Assembly (NCBI RefSeq): GCF_002113885.1 | Contig: NW_018405506.1 | Location: forward strand, 1,398,199 to 1,462,198 | Length of the DNA: 64,000 nucleotides | Reading direction: 5' to 3' | Source of the DNA: Mizuhopecten yessoensis | Lineage: Eukaryota | Part shown: positions 25,733 to 39,404 of the stretch, piece after piece | Position numbering within the stretch: position 1 is the first letter of the stretch | Layout: the number at the start of each line of letters is the position of its first letter | The notes under the pieces: generated by a model | What the model saw: only the letters and a program-made list of their open reading frames with translations | Database searches by the model: none | Told to the model about the DNA's origin: nothing | Position numbers and translations under genes: made by a program

Positions 25733-26215
25733 CTGTAACGAAACGGTTTATCTTAAAAAAATCAATTATTTGGTTCTCACATTTACCTCCACTGAAGTTG
25801 TGATTGCAGAATCTAACCCTTCATAATACTGACTCATTGTCACATCCAATGTCAAAAAGAAAATCACAATCTGCGGCATTTGCAGTAAGTTTTAGTATAT
25901 ATCACAAAACTGTATTATTTTTGGTTTCTTTTCTTATTCTTACTATGTATGATATATTTCTATACCAGAAACAAACTAAAGAAATATCATTTAAAAAACA
26001 AAATTGTGATCGGAGGTTACGTTGAAAAGACACTTGATCAACAGTTAAGTGGATAAATCGTTGACGTCTCTTCATATGTCTTTACTTATCCATGATAGCT
26101 ATACATATTCTATTTAAAACCCAAAAAAAGGCAAAAACTCTCTACAGATCATTTTCAACAGTCCGGTTTCTCCACGTTTAAAAATGTATAGCTATATATA
26201 TAAATATAAACTTAC

Positions 26216-26254
26216 TTGTGTTAATTGGCAGGCTTATCACAGCAGGTAAGGTGT
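26216..26254 (-). CDS. HEPN-nSTAND3-ankyrin protein, 39-bp linker micro-exon
   Basis: ttacattacag|acacc...acacaa|gtaagt. Phase 1 at both ends; encodes (H)TLPAVISLPINT(T) and joins the flanking exons in frame. Confidence 0.75.
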
Positions 26255-26664
26255 CTGTAATGTAATAAGGAACACATAGTGAAATACAACATAAAATAGG
26301 ATTTGTTATCTAGTGTAAACATCCTTTTAAATATATCAAATACAACATTCCCTCGTAAACAAGGAAGTCAACGTTTCTAAATAATGTTCTTTGGTTGCTA
26401 GGAACGAAAGAGAGAGGAAACATAAAACTCCTGATCATTGTGTAATGATTGGATTAGGATCTTGTTTTGTTTCTCGTTATATAGCATTAATGACACTGAA
26501 AAGATATTTTACTTGAGTTTTTGTTTAGTCTTTCGTAATGGCGTAATGAAATATGATACATGAAAACACACTCATAAATACTAATCCATATGACCAAAAC
26601 TGTAAATATAAACAAGATGATTTCCTAAAATCTTTCAGTACCCGTTTGGTAGTATATAACTTAC

Positions 26665-27211
26665 GATTTAAAATGTTGTCCACTTCCTGCTTGTATTTAT
26701 CTCCCCCTATACTTATAACAGCTGTGTAAAGCTCCGCCCACGTTTCCTCGAATTCTTCATCGCTGATTGCGGCTTTCAGTTTATGACCGTACAGGTCGTT
26801 GCGAGCGAGACGTAACCGCTCGATATTGGCTGCGTCGCTAGAGTCTGAGGAATCTGGTTTGATACCCCAACCCAGCTGGGGTGGTCTGATTAAAGGTCTA
26901 CTGCTACCATCATCATCAGTAAATCGGGTCTCCCTAAACAGAACGTAAATCAAGGAAATGTCGAATACGTTTGAGCATGGCTTAGCATCTGTCGGGAAGA
27001 GTTTGGCTCTACCATGTCCTCCAATACTTGGCTTCTTCTTCAGTATTGATTTATTACTCGATACGAAGTCTGACAGTTGACTAGGGGGAACCAATATGTC
27101 AAATTTATTCTGAAGGACCTTTGTACCAATGTCTAGAAGTAACTTGCAAAGCCGGATGAAGTTATTTGATTCTCTTGTGGCACTTCCTGCGGAAACGGGA
27201 GCCACTGCCAT
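26665..27211 (-). CDS. HEPN-nSTAND3-ankyrin protein, first coding exon: DZIP3-type HEPN domain
   Basis: ATG at 27211 after acceptor tttctcattgcag| (27240). Motifs NFIRLCKLLLDIG, FDISLIYVLFR, PPQLGWG, ANIERLRLARNDLYGH, ISDEEFEETW are typical of the DZIP3/hRUL138-like HEPN family. Phase-1 donor aatc|gtaagt at 26664. Confidence 0.87.
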
Positions 27212-30200
27212 GCCTAGAACACAGATGGATTCCTGTATTCTGCAATGAGAAAGTACAAGTAATAAGGTAATGTAGCATACCATGATGTCTATACTCAGGA
27301 ATAACATTATTTTCATACCCAAGCAGAAAATAATAATTGCTTTAATAATATGATAAAGTATAATATCTAAAACAAGGTTTTCTTATCCGTATGGAATAAA
27401 ATTACATACTAATATTACTTCAAAATGTATGTTTGCCTTTAGCTTTTCAAGTACCGTTTAATAACAATCTTTAATGATGATAAGAAGTTATCTTTCGAAT
27501 TGTAAACCAGTTACATTTTTTTCACCCGTTTGTAAGTAAATTCTTGTGTAGAACAATGGAATGTTTAAGAAATCTCTTGTATATTAGACAGTTGGGAATG
27601 TTTCCGGTAAATACGATAGAAAAGACTGCAAAAGGAAAGAATCGCATGTAACGACGATTATATCACTTCTATTATAGTAGGCGTCTAATTTAATGAAATG
27701 TTTTTTGCGATAAATTTTGAAATCTTATTATATATTTTTTTAATATGTCTCGAGGATAAAACATAACTTAAACATAAATGTATAATACTGCATTAACATC
27801 AAAATCTTTGCTATACACAATTATCAAATAAAAGGTAAATGAAAATCCTGGCTTATCGACCCCCGTAGGAAGGGTATACATGAACATTTATTAAACAGGT
27901 GAATACTGCATTAACAGCTAATAAACCGTCAGTTGTCATAAGTTTGACAAAATAACAGCTAGTACATGAACCAAGTAAGTATCCTCTCTACAGCTAACGA
28001 AGCACTAGAAGACACAAAAGTCATTAATTTGATATGTAATGTTTTGCATGTAAAGTTTCTCTTTAACAGTTTGTAAATTAGTAAATAGTACCTCTACAAA
28101 GTATTTGGTCTGCAGTATGTTTCAATCTTAGTACAAGCTTAATATTTAATGTTCCATCATTGCAGGGACAATAGGAACCCGGTGACACTACACCACTCTT
28201 GTCCTACCGAGTTAAATGTGTAAATGTGAAGGAAAACAATGTCTAAATTTCATATTTGTCTATTTATTGTATAAATATTATATAGTTCTGTTTCAGAAAC
28301 GTTAATTTTCATTAGTATAGAGTCTGTGTATAGGGTATTCTATGTGGTAATTCAGTATTTAAGTTTGCAATGTTGTATCAAGCGCATCTTCCAGCTATGT
28401 GTTATCCCAGTGTTTTCTTGCCATGTTTTGCATCATTGGAGTTTTGATGTCTTGATATTTCGCGACAACTGTTTTAAGTGGTTTACATCTATAAATGTAT
28501 CTGTGTCAGTAAATCTTTAATGAAAAAATATGTTTCCGTCCGTCCACTGTTAATAAAACAATTTTGGTTTGCTGGTGTTGTTTAACGATAATGGGTGTTG
28601 ATAATGTTTCTGATGGGATTGTGGTTAGAGCACACTCTATTGAGGTCAATGAATGATTAAATATATTTTGTTGTTAAGGCCCTTGCTAATTTTTTACCAA
28701 AAAGACATCCAGTCCAAATTTCAAAACAACAGTTTCATTAAACCATTAAAAAGACAATATTTTCCAGAAGAAAAAAGTTAAAAAAAAAATCATTTAAACA
28801 ACTTTTGGCTTTACAACGTTGTAAACTATCCATAGCTGCCATTATCTCCTTAGTAACCAGAGACTAGGAGAGGATATATTTTGAGGATTAACTTGAGTTC
28901 GCTCCCTTTATTAAAATAAGTTACGTAGCTTAGTCGTTGGGTTTAAATGTAGGTGTGAGTCAATCCTATTACAAAACGCTAGCAAACAACCATGAATAAG
29001 TGTTGACAATATTAATTCGTAATATTTTGTTTTATGTATTTCAGAAAGTAAGTAAATCAATGTGAAGATTAAAACTCATACCTAAGCGATGTGTTCATAT
29101 TCTCTATAAGTTATAAGTAAACATTTCATGTGTTCCTTATACACTGAAAACGATATTCGTTGATAAGTCTGAATTACAAACCCAATAAATAATAACTATT
29201 AACGAGTGAAGTCTGTAGCTGATATAACGACACTTGAAATAGAACCACACTGTAAACACCAGGCTGCTGGAAAGGTTAATACGATGGGTCTGTTTATTTG
29301 TTATGGTAGCTCACCGGTATACCATTTATTCGAATCGAGAAAAAACGACCGCCTAACCAGTCAGTGTTTAGGGATGATTTCGGCTTCGTGTGTGCTAAAA
29401 GTCATTTTTCAAATTTGCATATAAGGACGATTTAGTTATTTACATTTATCTTTAGATTCACACATTCTTAACAAACAAAAACCTTATAGGATTTATAATA
29501 TCTATAAATAAATTCATTTCAGCGTTATCTGAAACACGTTAGACAGAAGTGTCACTTTATAACGTTATACTAATTTTGAGCATATCTCACTTTAAAGATA
29601 TGTTTTTCCGATAACGATGTCCACAAAACAACCTGAACCACGTGACACGACAGATAATATCGTTGCATGATATGAAGCAACACATACTGTTTGTAAAATG
29701 AATCACCAGTCATGTCCAAAGGTTAAACAGTACCCAGACTTCCAGACGGACGAGGAAGAAACCCCTTGTATCTGCTTATTACGCATCGTACACGAAATCC
29801 GTTTGTGTTCGGCTTGTATGGGAAGAGTCCAACCCTTACCGTTAAAACATATAATGACTTTGTAAACAATCCAAAAATGCGAACGAAATGTACGGGGGCT
29901 GGGGGCTGGGGGCTGGTTCAACTTCAATTCATGTTGAATCCAACAGAACGATTCAATGTTCGCAAATAAGAATTAAGTTATGATTTTGAGTATTCATATA
30001 AGTACATTATCAATGCACTTTACTAGTTAAGATCATTAAAAGTACAACTACATCTACATGCCTACAGGTATTAAGGATTTTGTTAAACTCCTAAAATGAC
30101 CATGTCACCAAGGACTCGTCTTAATAAGTACTTATCCCGTAAGGGTAATGAAGTAAACCCTAAATGTTTAATTATACACCACATATATCCATTTTGTGCT

Positions 30201-33200
30201 TAATTTTTGAATGCCCTTTTAATGTAGTTTCCAACGATTTCCTATGTGCCTATATATGTTATGTATATGTGTTTAATAAAGAATCCTTATGTAGTATTTA
30301 AATACCGGGCTGATGTATCTTTAGAGAACATATTTTGGCAGCTGGCAAACGTTTATTATATGACGAAGATGTGAAAAAGCTCTTTATACTTGAAAAGGTT
30401 GATTTTTGAAGTTAGTTTTTAATCTAAGTTGAATATTCATGTATAAAGATGTACGAAGGCAATATTTACACATATCTACAGACACGAGGATAATCCTGTT
30501 TGTGTTACAACCTGCAGCAATATCATATACTCTTCGGAACTACCCATCAGAAGATGGAAACTTTAGGAATCCATAAAGGCAAAATAGCTAAGCCCACCTG
30601 AAACCATCAGATTTTTATTACTAGAAATGCACTATTGTTGTGAGAAAATGACATTACGTGTGGTGCACAATTACATACCAACTGGTCTTTTTTTCCAGAG
30701 AAAAAGGGACCACTTTAAAAGAGCGTGATATCAATGTAATTTGATAATTTAATGAGTACTAATATTGAAAGCACTTATATTTTGATTCTGGCGTTTCGTT
30801 CCTTATTCGTAAGGATTTTAGATAGCAATTCAATTAATTATACAGCATGGCAGATTGTTGACTGCTTACATCGATGGAAAAATGTACAACACTAGCAAGA
30901 GATACAGGTGGATGAAGTCAATGGTCTAATGGTCACTATCATAATCTCATTGGAAAACATTCTATTTGTATTTATGCTTAGTGATTTGCCCTTCAGTGTC
31001 GTATCTATATTGATACGTGTTTGTTTTTTTAGTCAAATCAGGGTTACATCTTCAGGATTTATTGACTTGATCTTTACCCTTAAATCCCGCTATCTTTTAT
31101 TTTTTCAATAAAATATCGGTGATGAAACCAGTCAAAAATGAGTCATCTAGACATAATATTATTGGAGAGAAAAAACTGAAAATAAAAAACAAAATTACGG
31201 AGAACGAAGACCTGCTGTCTTACATTTTATTTGTCAAGTGATTTTGGGAAACTTGCAGTAGTTCTTAGAGGAATGCTGATAGTAAATCCTGACAGAGGCA
31301 AGATTATCGTCAGTTTCTTATTTCTTCGCCAGTGTTATCAGTGATACTGATTGGCGACTGCTAACAAGTTTTAAAATAATTATATACAATGAAACAAAAC
31401 ATTGGGTATAAATAACTGGTGTTTGATTATCAGTGAACATTGATATATGACCTTAAAATCAGTTACATTTTAAGCTTGTGGAATGAAATCATTACAGTTT
31501 GATAATAAAGAGGGTTGGCATTGAACATTGAATTTAGGAAGACCTCGGTTATACAGCTAAACGCTTTTATAAATTAGATAAAATACAGAATTTATTGAAA
31601 ATTATATGGACGCTGAAGTTAAAAGCTATCACTTTATTTCAGAGTTTGATAGTGCCCTTAACTGGGTATAACAATTGAATGGTTCTTGATCTGTAACCTA
31701 ATGTCGATGATAACATTTTGAGCGAGAAAGAGAAGTTTAAAGTGTAAAGAATGTTCCTGACCTTGAACGATAAGGCCTGGAAGATGACATTGATCCAACC
31801 CAAACTTCCGGTGGTATTGTGCTTAAACACTCTGATATAATTTATGATCTCGTATTTCAATATGTTCTGCTATCAAACATGCAGATTGACATCAAGATTG
31901 TTAATATAGAGAGGCCACACTATCACAGTTCTCCCAGCATTCCTGACAAACATTCGTCTTCTGCGTCACAGATAACTCATGAAATTTCATTTTCATTTTT
32001 ATAAAGGGCATAACATTTTAATGTTGTTGTATGATGTGAATTCAATTCAAATTATATCTTGAAGTGATACTTTGCCAACAATATTCTTCATTTAAATAAT
32101 GATCCTAACAAAATATTACACTTTTACATCATACATAATAAAATCGGAAAGAAAACGGCCACTGGTTGTACATAGGCATGAATTTTATCTAATATTTGAC
32201 TACATGTTAAGCAAATTGTTTCGGCTATTAAAAAACAAAATAACTCCTTAATACACGTGATTCACTGCATTTGGTTCATTAGGAATAAAACGGAGATTTT
32301 CGCAAAATTATTGTACTTAATCTCTTACTTAAGAATCTTTGTCCACATATATCTTTGACGGACGGAAGCAATCAAATGAAATTTTGGATGACTATCGTAT
32401 ATAATGAGAACTAATGCTGAACAGTTTTCTTTCTAGTTCTGACTATCTTCGTGATTCTTCTAGACTTATACATTGTAATCGTATCACTCACGAGAGTGTG
32501 AAACCTATTTTTAGCTGAAAACTACTTAATTAAGAAGGAAATATTTTCAACACTGCATCAAATATATAGAGGTTTGGGTTAATCATTTGATGTTAAGAAT
32601 ATATATGTCAAGAATGGAGGCGTTTTTTGCAAAGTTATGTATCTTAAAATTAAATATTAAAAAGTAATCAAAACATGCAGGTGTTAGTAATATTGTATTC
32701 ATTTTTGAGGGGTCAATGCCCCATATGGCGCCCTCCAGGATTATCCTGTGTATTACATGTTTTGCATAAAACAAAAAAATAACAATAAATCGATATAAAG
32801 AATATCATTGAATTGAAATAAACGCCAAGCTGAATTGCTTTTATTAGACGTTGACGCGGGATAAGTTGAGTTCCATGTTTGTATTTAATACCGTGTATGA
32901 CCAACGTTTTATTCGAGAAAAGCGATGCAGCATCGTTGCATTGAACATGTAAACAGACTACAAAAACAAATACAAAAAAATACAAAACAAAAATACAAAA
33001 TAAAAATACAAAACAAAAATACAAAAATCGCATTTTACGAGTTTTCAGTTGTTACGGAGACTGAAAAATGCAATTAACGTTTGTTTACTCGTCATGAGAG
33101 TATAAAATACAAGTTATTCGCAAAATAAAATACAATTATGAGGACTTTCACACTTAAATGATTCAAGTAAATAGTGTGATACTTGCTAGGTATTTAACTC

Positions 33201-34045
33201 CCAAATATTTATACAACAAAAACGTTGTTCTGTTTTCACAAATTTAGGGTTGATCCGCAGAAAAAGGTGTCAATGAATCTTTCCCTTTTTACTTTGTTCG
33301 TATCATAACCATTGTCACTTTTATGACATATTCTATTTTAGTTTTTTATACAAGAAGTATTCTTTATTGATATCACATATTGTGATACATTTTACAGAGT
33401 TATCATCATTCGAAATGTGAATAATTGAAGAAAATCATCTGTTGAGAAAAAAGACCTTTAAGTGAAACTTTACTCAAACAATCCTTTATCGCTTAAATGC
33501 CATAATTCAAAAACAAGTGATGCTGATGACTTTACAATTATTAAAACGAAGATAGATTGAAACCTCTCATCAATCATAAATTGTAAAATTCATACCTATA
33601 AAAACATCAAATATATAAAATAAAATCAGCAAATAAACTCTAAGTAGATAAAAAAAAACCACCAAGTACAGGGTCTAAAACGGCAGAAAGGAGAAAACAA
33701 ATACATCCTGGTCTCTAGAAAAACGAATGTAAACCCAGGTAAAGATATTTTACATAGACCTTTCTATTACAAATTGCCTATCTCTGACTGCTTCGACATA
33801 AAAAGGTCCCATGTTTTCAGCTCTGTGTTGCAGTGGCAGTCTATTTGTTTTCTAAAGTGTATAGACAAACTTATCTGATAATTTGTAGCGTTGAAACATT
33901 ACAAATACATGAACTTATGAAAGGAGGTTAAAACAACTTATCAAGAGCCGGAAAAACAACAGCAAATTTGTTTTTGTTTACACTGTTTTGGGATCAAGAT
34001 ATTGAAGGTGGAAAAGAACACAAACACTGTATAAAAACCGTATAG

Positions 34046-34399
34046 CATTCTTGATACTCCATGGTTAAAGCTAACTTTCGCTTTCTGCACCCCTTAAATA
34101 TTCCATGACAAATTGAAAGCACGTGGCTAATAATTTGATTGGTTTAAGGTAAAGAAAACCTGACCACCCGCTCGGCTGATACCTGTCCTTTGGAGATTAC
34201 AGAAGAGCGACACCCGACTGCAAAGCCATTCAATGTTACCGTTATGCGACCGACGGATTCTTTGGATGTACATCAAAGGATCAAACTAGTCTACTTATAC
34301 CATCCACAGGGTGTTGCACACTGAGACTTAGATTTTGCTATGACATTTTCCAGGGGTGGCGAGAGCAAAAGAGAGCGAAACCCCTGGGTATCGAGATTG
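34046..34399. mobile_element. MITE family A (CATCCTCGATA...), old diverged copy
   Basis: TIRs and internal sequence (gatgtacatcaaaggatcaaactagtct) match the copies at 42.7 kb and 55.2 kb. Degenerate TSD accgta(tag/cgc). Confidence 0.7.
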
Positions 34400-35750
34400 A
34401 CCGTACGCTAAAAAAGGGTGGGTAATGTCCATTCCTTACTTGTTTAAAGTCGTTCGGTAGAAATGTCAATAGCTTTAAGATTGTAAGAAAGTTTGTAGTG
34501 ATGATTATATTAGTTATTGCTGACTGATCAATCAATAAATTCATGATACATGTTTTTAAGGTGAATAACAAACGTGTTTCATAAATGTATTGATTACCTT
34601 CGAATAATGGACCTGTTACATATAACATGAGCAGCAACAACTCTAATATCAGTTATCAATAATAACACATGTATTGTGGTAATACGTAACAACACTTCTA
34701 GCAACCATTATTAATAACACCACCTAACATAACAAATTAATAACAACTATATATAATTTATAATAACATCCCCTATATACATGTATACTTATTAACTCAC
34801 TTAAAACACCTATATATATCTTGCTGATAATATAGATATCATAAGTAATAACGACAGTATGATCCAATATTGGCACTTGATCCGAACAAAAAAAGTTGAA
34901 TGGATGCGTATTACTTAAATAGATGTTTGGGCAAGGAAGTAATAACCACAGTGCGGAAAAAGATATTTGTCATATTTTCAGGCCGATCTGCCCATTTATC
35001 AAGACAGAAATAACATATCAATACATGACTCGTTGATAACACCTGTACATATGTTTACAGATTCGTTACTAATGACTTACAACGCATTGTCATTCATTAT
35101 GCAGGTGTTTTTATTTGTTTCTCTTAAACCTTATATGTTATGTCGATTTCCTTTATCGAAATAACACGGATGAATTAATCATACGAGCGGTTCCTTTCAT
35201 AATCATAAGATTTAAAATGACATCTCTTTGTTGAACCAGATTTAAAGCCGATAACATATGACTGTTTGAAATGTGTGTATTCTGAATAACAAAAAAAATG
35301 TAAATAGCACAGCAGAGCACACCTAATGGTACTAGACACCGCCAACCAAGGTCGACATAAATAATGCTATGATAGATACCTGCTCGGTTACACTACATCT
35401 GGTAAAGAAGCATATAAAGTATTATCTTCTCTGATACTGAACATATATCATTGGCAAAATAAAAATAATTAAATATATGCAATGAATATTAAACCTTACA
35501 TATCACCACATCCGCATTGAACTTTAATAATCAGGTGTTTTCTTTGAAACTCGTATTGAATTAACTGATATAAGCCCATATTAGCTAACGAATGAAAATA
35601 TGTAAAATGTTCAATACATATTAAAATCTGCTTGAATGTGAAAAACACAAATTACGAATTTATAACATAATAATCTGTATGTTCAGAGCATAAACTTACC
35701 ATAATATCGGCATGTGTATGCCAAACAAATTATACAATAACAAAACATTA

Positions 35751-36095
35751 CCTGTCTACACCAGCCTGGGCTCCCGAGAGAGCCGGGAAGATAGATTCGT
35801 CGGTATTTGTACCGTCAACCGAGGTCATCAGTGAGGGAAATCCTATCAGGGGCGGAAGTTGATCCGGGCTTAAGTCTACAAACCTGTGCATCGAAATATC
35901 TCGTTTGTGTCATGACCCGATGCTACCCGGTTTGGTTGTGATATGAAACAATTGTAAACAGTTTTATGTGCAATTATGTTAAACTACAGTGTGTTTTAAT
36001 AGAAGGATTTTGATGATGGATTACTCGTTTGAAATACCAGGAACCGGTTAGGATATTCATTAACCGAAAAGTCGGTCATTTGTAATTTCCCCAAC
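35751..36095 (-). promoter_or_regulatory. candidate promoter and non-coding first exon of the HEPN-nSTAND3-ankyrin gene
   Basis: Local GC/CpG-rich patch with a minus-strand donor cag|gtaatg at ~35750. Contains GGGAAATCC (35835), GCGGAAGT ETS box (~35852), AACCGAAA (36062) and GGGGAAATT (-, 36084-36092). Inference only. Confidence 0.3.
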
Positions 36096-36229
36096 CCTGT
36101 TTAAAATCGTTGTTTTTTCTTTGTTCGAGTTACCGCTAACTAACATACGATTTTTTTTTACTTCCCTATTTTAAACAATAACTCCTTAAGTATACAAATG
36201 TGAAAAAGTAAGAAGAAAAAGAAAAGCTT

Positions 36230-37070
36230 TGATGTTTAGATTGACACTTCTTCAGCTTAGATTAGCGCTACATCAGCTTAGATTAGCGCTACATCAGCTT
36301 AGATTAGCGCTGAATCAGCTTAGATTAGCGCTACATCAGCTTAGATTAGCGCTACATCAGCTTAGATTTTTACTTTTTCAACTTAGACTAACACCTCTTC
36401 AGCTTAGATGTTTAGATTGACACTTCCTCAGCTTAAATGTTTAGATTTACTCTTTTCAGCTTAGGTTAGCACTTCTTCAGCCTAGATAATCACTTCTTCA
36501 GCTTAAATTAACACTTCTTCAGCTTAAATTAGCACTTCTTCAGCTGATGTTTAGATTGACACTTCCTCAGCTTAAATGTTCAAATTTACTCTTTTCAGCT
36601 TAGATTAGCATTTCTTCAGCTTAGATTATGACTTTTTCAGCTTAGGTTAGCACTTCTTCAGCCTAGATTATCACTTCTTCAGCTTAGATTAGCATTTCTT
36701 CAGCTTAGATTAGTACTTCGTCAGCTTAGATAAGCACTTCGCCAGCTTAGATTAACACTTTTTCGTTTTAGATTAGCACTTCTTCAGCCTAGATTAGCAC
36801 TACTTCAGCTTAGATTAGCACTTCCTCAGCTTAGATTAACACTTCTTCAGCTTAGATTAGCACTTCCTCAGCTTAGATTAACACTTCTTCAGCTTAGATT
36901 AACACTTCTTCAGCTTAGATTAGCACCTCTTCAGCATAGATTAGCACTTCGTCAGTTTAGATAAGCACTTCGCCAGCTTAGATGAACACATACATTTACG
37001 TTTTAGATTAACACTTCTTCAGTTTAGATTTACCCTTTTTTAGCTTAGATTAGCACATCTTCATCTAATG
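36230..37070. repeat. 21-bp minisatellite (cttagattagcacttcttcag)
   Basis: ~35-40 tandem units. Confidence 0.92.
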
Positions 37071-37424
37071 TTGACATATCTACAGCTTGACAGAGTACCA
37101 TTTTTCACCCCTGCAGGTAGGGAATCGAGAAAAGAATACACCTGTTGTTACCCACTGCATGTATTGTAAGAGAGGACTAAAGTTGGGAACCCCCTACAAA
37201 GTTGGGGATTTGTAGTTGTGCCCGGGGGTCTACTTTGGACGCAAAAGCGCCAAAAATAAATCTGCTGCACCCATTGCATCATTTGATATCTTTATATATC
37301 TTTCTGATTCTAACTACCTTTTATTTCCAAGCACCTTGCTTGGCAATACCTCACTTCTGGCTTTAATGTTGAGCGTTCGTCTAGGTGAGGAAGGCAATGG
37401 GTTCTGTCCCCAGGATTGGACATA

Positions 37425-37692
37425 ACAAAGTCCTTAAAAATGGTAGTTGTTATTCCCTGCCTAGCGTTCAGTATTGGTTAATCCGTTGTCGGTATAATGT
37501 GACCGGGCGGAATGCTGTGCTGGGTGACTTCGACATGGTTTTTTCAGTGAGATACATGTAATACTATAAAGTCGGCATCAGATCCGAGCTATCACAAGGA
37601 GTCAGGTACACCAACATACACATGTACGCTTACAAAACAACCATGAGGGCACGTCCTTTAATGGCATTCGATGTTAATAGGACGTTTAACAA
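37425..37692 (+). mobile_element. mollusc-type SINE body/3' end
   Basis: aaaaatggtagttg..tccctgcctagcgttcag, gtataatgtgaccggg, cagtgaga..actataaagt, and ending gttaataggacgtttaac. Recognised from general resemblance to bivalve SINEs. Confidence 0.55.
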
Positions 37693-39404
37693 AACAGGGG
37701 CCCAAAGGGCCTGTATCGCTCACCTGAATATGGTAGGTGCTGTAAGTACATATGAAATTTTAGAAAGATACATCCAGTACTTGAGATATAGCGAGAACAA
37801 ACTTCAAACAGAGCCCCACCCCTATGCCCCTAGGGAGGTCATACCAACCAATTATACAAAATTGCGTCCCCTTGGCCCAAGGATGCTCCAGACTAAATAA
37901 GGATAAAATCCCTTAATCCCAATGGTGGAAGAAAGATTTTAAAGGTTTTACCTCTATTTCTATTGGGCCCCGCCCTTCTGCCCCCTGGGAGACCACACCC
38001 ACTGCTTATACAAAATTGAGTTCCCTTGGCCCAAGGATGCTCCAGAATAAATTAGGAGAAAATCCCTTAATCCCTATGGTAGAAGGATTCTAAAGGTTTT
38101 ACCTCTATTACCCATATTGGGCCCAGCCCCTCAGGTCCCAGGGGGGCACACCCACCGTTTATACAAAATTGGTTCCCCTTTACTCAAGGATGTTCTACAC
38201 CAAATATGTACCAAATCCTTTCATTCCTACAGAAGGAGAAGGATTTTAAAGAATAATTTGCTATATTTTCCCTATTGGGTCCCGCCCCGCAGTCCCAAGG
38301 GAGACTAGAGGCATCGTTTATACAAAATTGGTTCCTCTTTACCCAAGGATGCTCCACACCAAATATGTACCAAATCCTTTCATTCCTACAGAAGGAGAAG
38401 GATTTTAAAGAATAATTTGCTTTGTTTCCCCTATTGGGCTCCGCCCCTCAGGCTCCTGGGGGGTCAGACCTACGGTATATACAAAATTGGATCCCCTTCA
38501 CCGAAGGATGCTTCAGATCAAATATGGATCAAATCCTTTCATACCTACAGACGAAGAAGGATTTTAAAGAATAATTTGCTATGTTTCCCCTATTGGGACC
38601 CGCCCCGCAGTCCCAAGGGAGACTAGAGGCATCGTTTATACAAAATTGGTTCCTCTTTACCCAGGGATGCTCCACATCAAATATGGAACAAATCCTTTCA
38701 TTCCTACAGAAAAAGAAGGATTTAAAAGAATAATTTGCTATGTTTCCCCTATTGGGCCCCGCCCCTTAGGCCCCTGGAGGGCCAGACCATCGGTTTATAC
38801 AAAAGTGGATCCCCTTCACCCAAGGATGCTTCACACCAAATATGGACCAAATCCTTTCATTCCTACAGACGAAGAAGGATTTTAAAGAATAATTTGCTAT
38901 GTTTCCCCTATTGGGCCCCGCCTCTCAGGCCCCTGGGAGCCAGACCCACGGTTTATACAAATTCGTTCCCCTTCACCTAAGGATGCTTCAGACCAAATAT
39001 GGAACAAATCCTTTTATTCCTACAGAAGAAGAAAATAAAGAATTTGCTATATTTCCCCTATTGGGTCCGGCCCCTCTGCCCCTAGAGGGACCATATCCAT
39101 CATTTATACAAATGTTGTTCCCCTTCTCCCAAGGATGCTTCTGACCAAATACGGAACAAATCCTTTCATTCCTACAGTAGAAGAAGGATTTTAAAGAAGA
39201 ATTTGCTATATTTCCCCTATTGGGCCCCGCCCCTCAGGCCCCTGGGTGCTGGACCCATCGTTTATACAAAATTGGTTCTTCTTCACCCATGGATGTTCCA
39301 TACTAAATTTGGTTAAAATCCGTTCAACGGTTCATGACTAGTAGTGTAAAGTTGACGGACGACGGACGGACGACAGACGACGGATGACGGACCAGGTGAG
39401 CTAA
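37693..39404 (+). mobile_element. Helentron-associated non-autonomous element (HINE, pearl/CvA/DINE-1-like) with internal ~158-bp tandem array
   Basis: 5' aacaggggcccaaagggcc hairpin. Subterminal IR gctcacctg (37718) / caggtgagc (39393). ~9 central units of ~158 bp and a (GACG/GGAC)n microsatellite before the 3' end. Confidence 0.85.

Noticed and set aside
23788-25826. Plus-strand ORFs overlapping the ankyrin/NTPase exon
   Set aside because: Antisense shadows of a real coding exon
25787-25828. Possible extra exon before the NTPase exon (gag|gtaaat donor)
   Set aside because: It contains a stop in the phase needed for the 25733 acceptor and leaves only a 54-bp intron; the 39-bp exon fits better
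27212-27322. Signal-peptide-like N-terminus of ORF 26525-27322
   Set aside because: It starts at a non-ATG codon and spans the polypyrimidine tract and acceptor at 27240, so it is mostly intronic or 5' UTR
38117-39144. Repeated ORFs (CFPYWAPP...)
   Set aside because: Translations of the HINE internal tandem units
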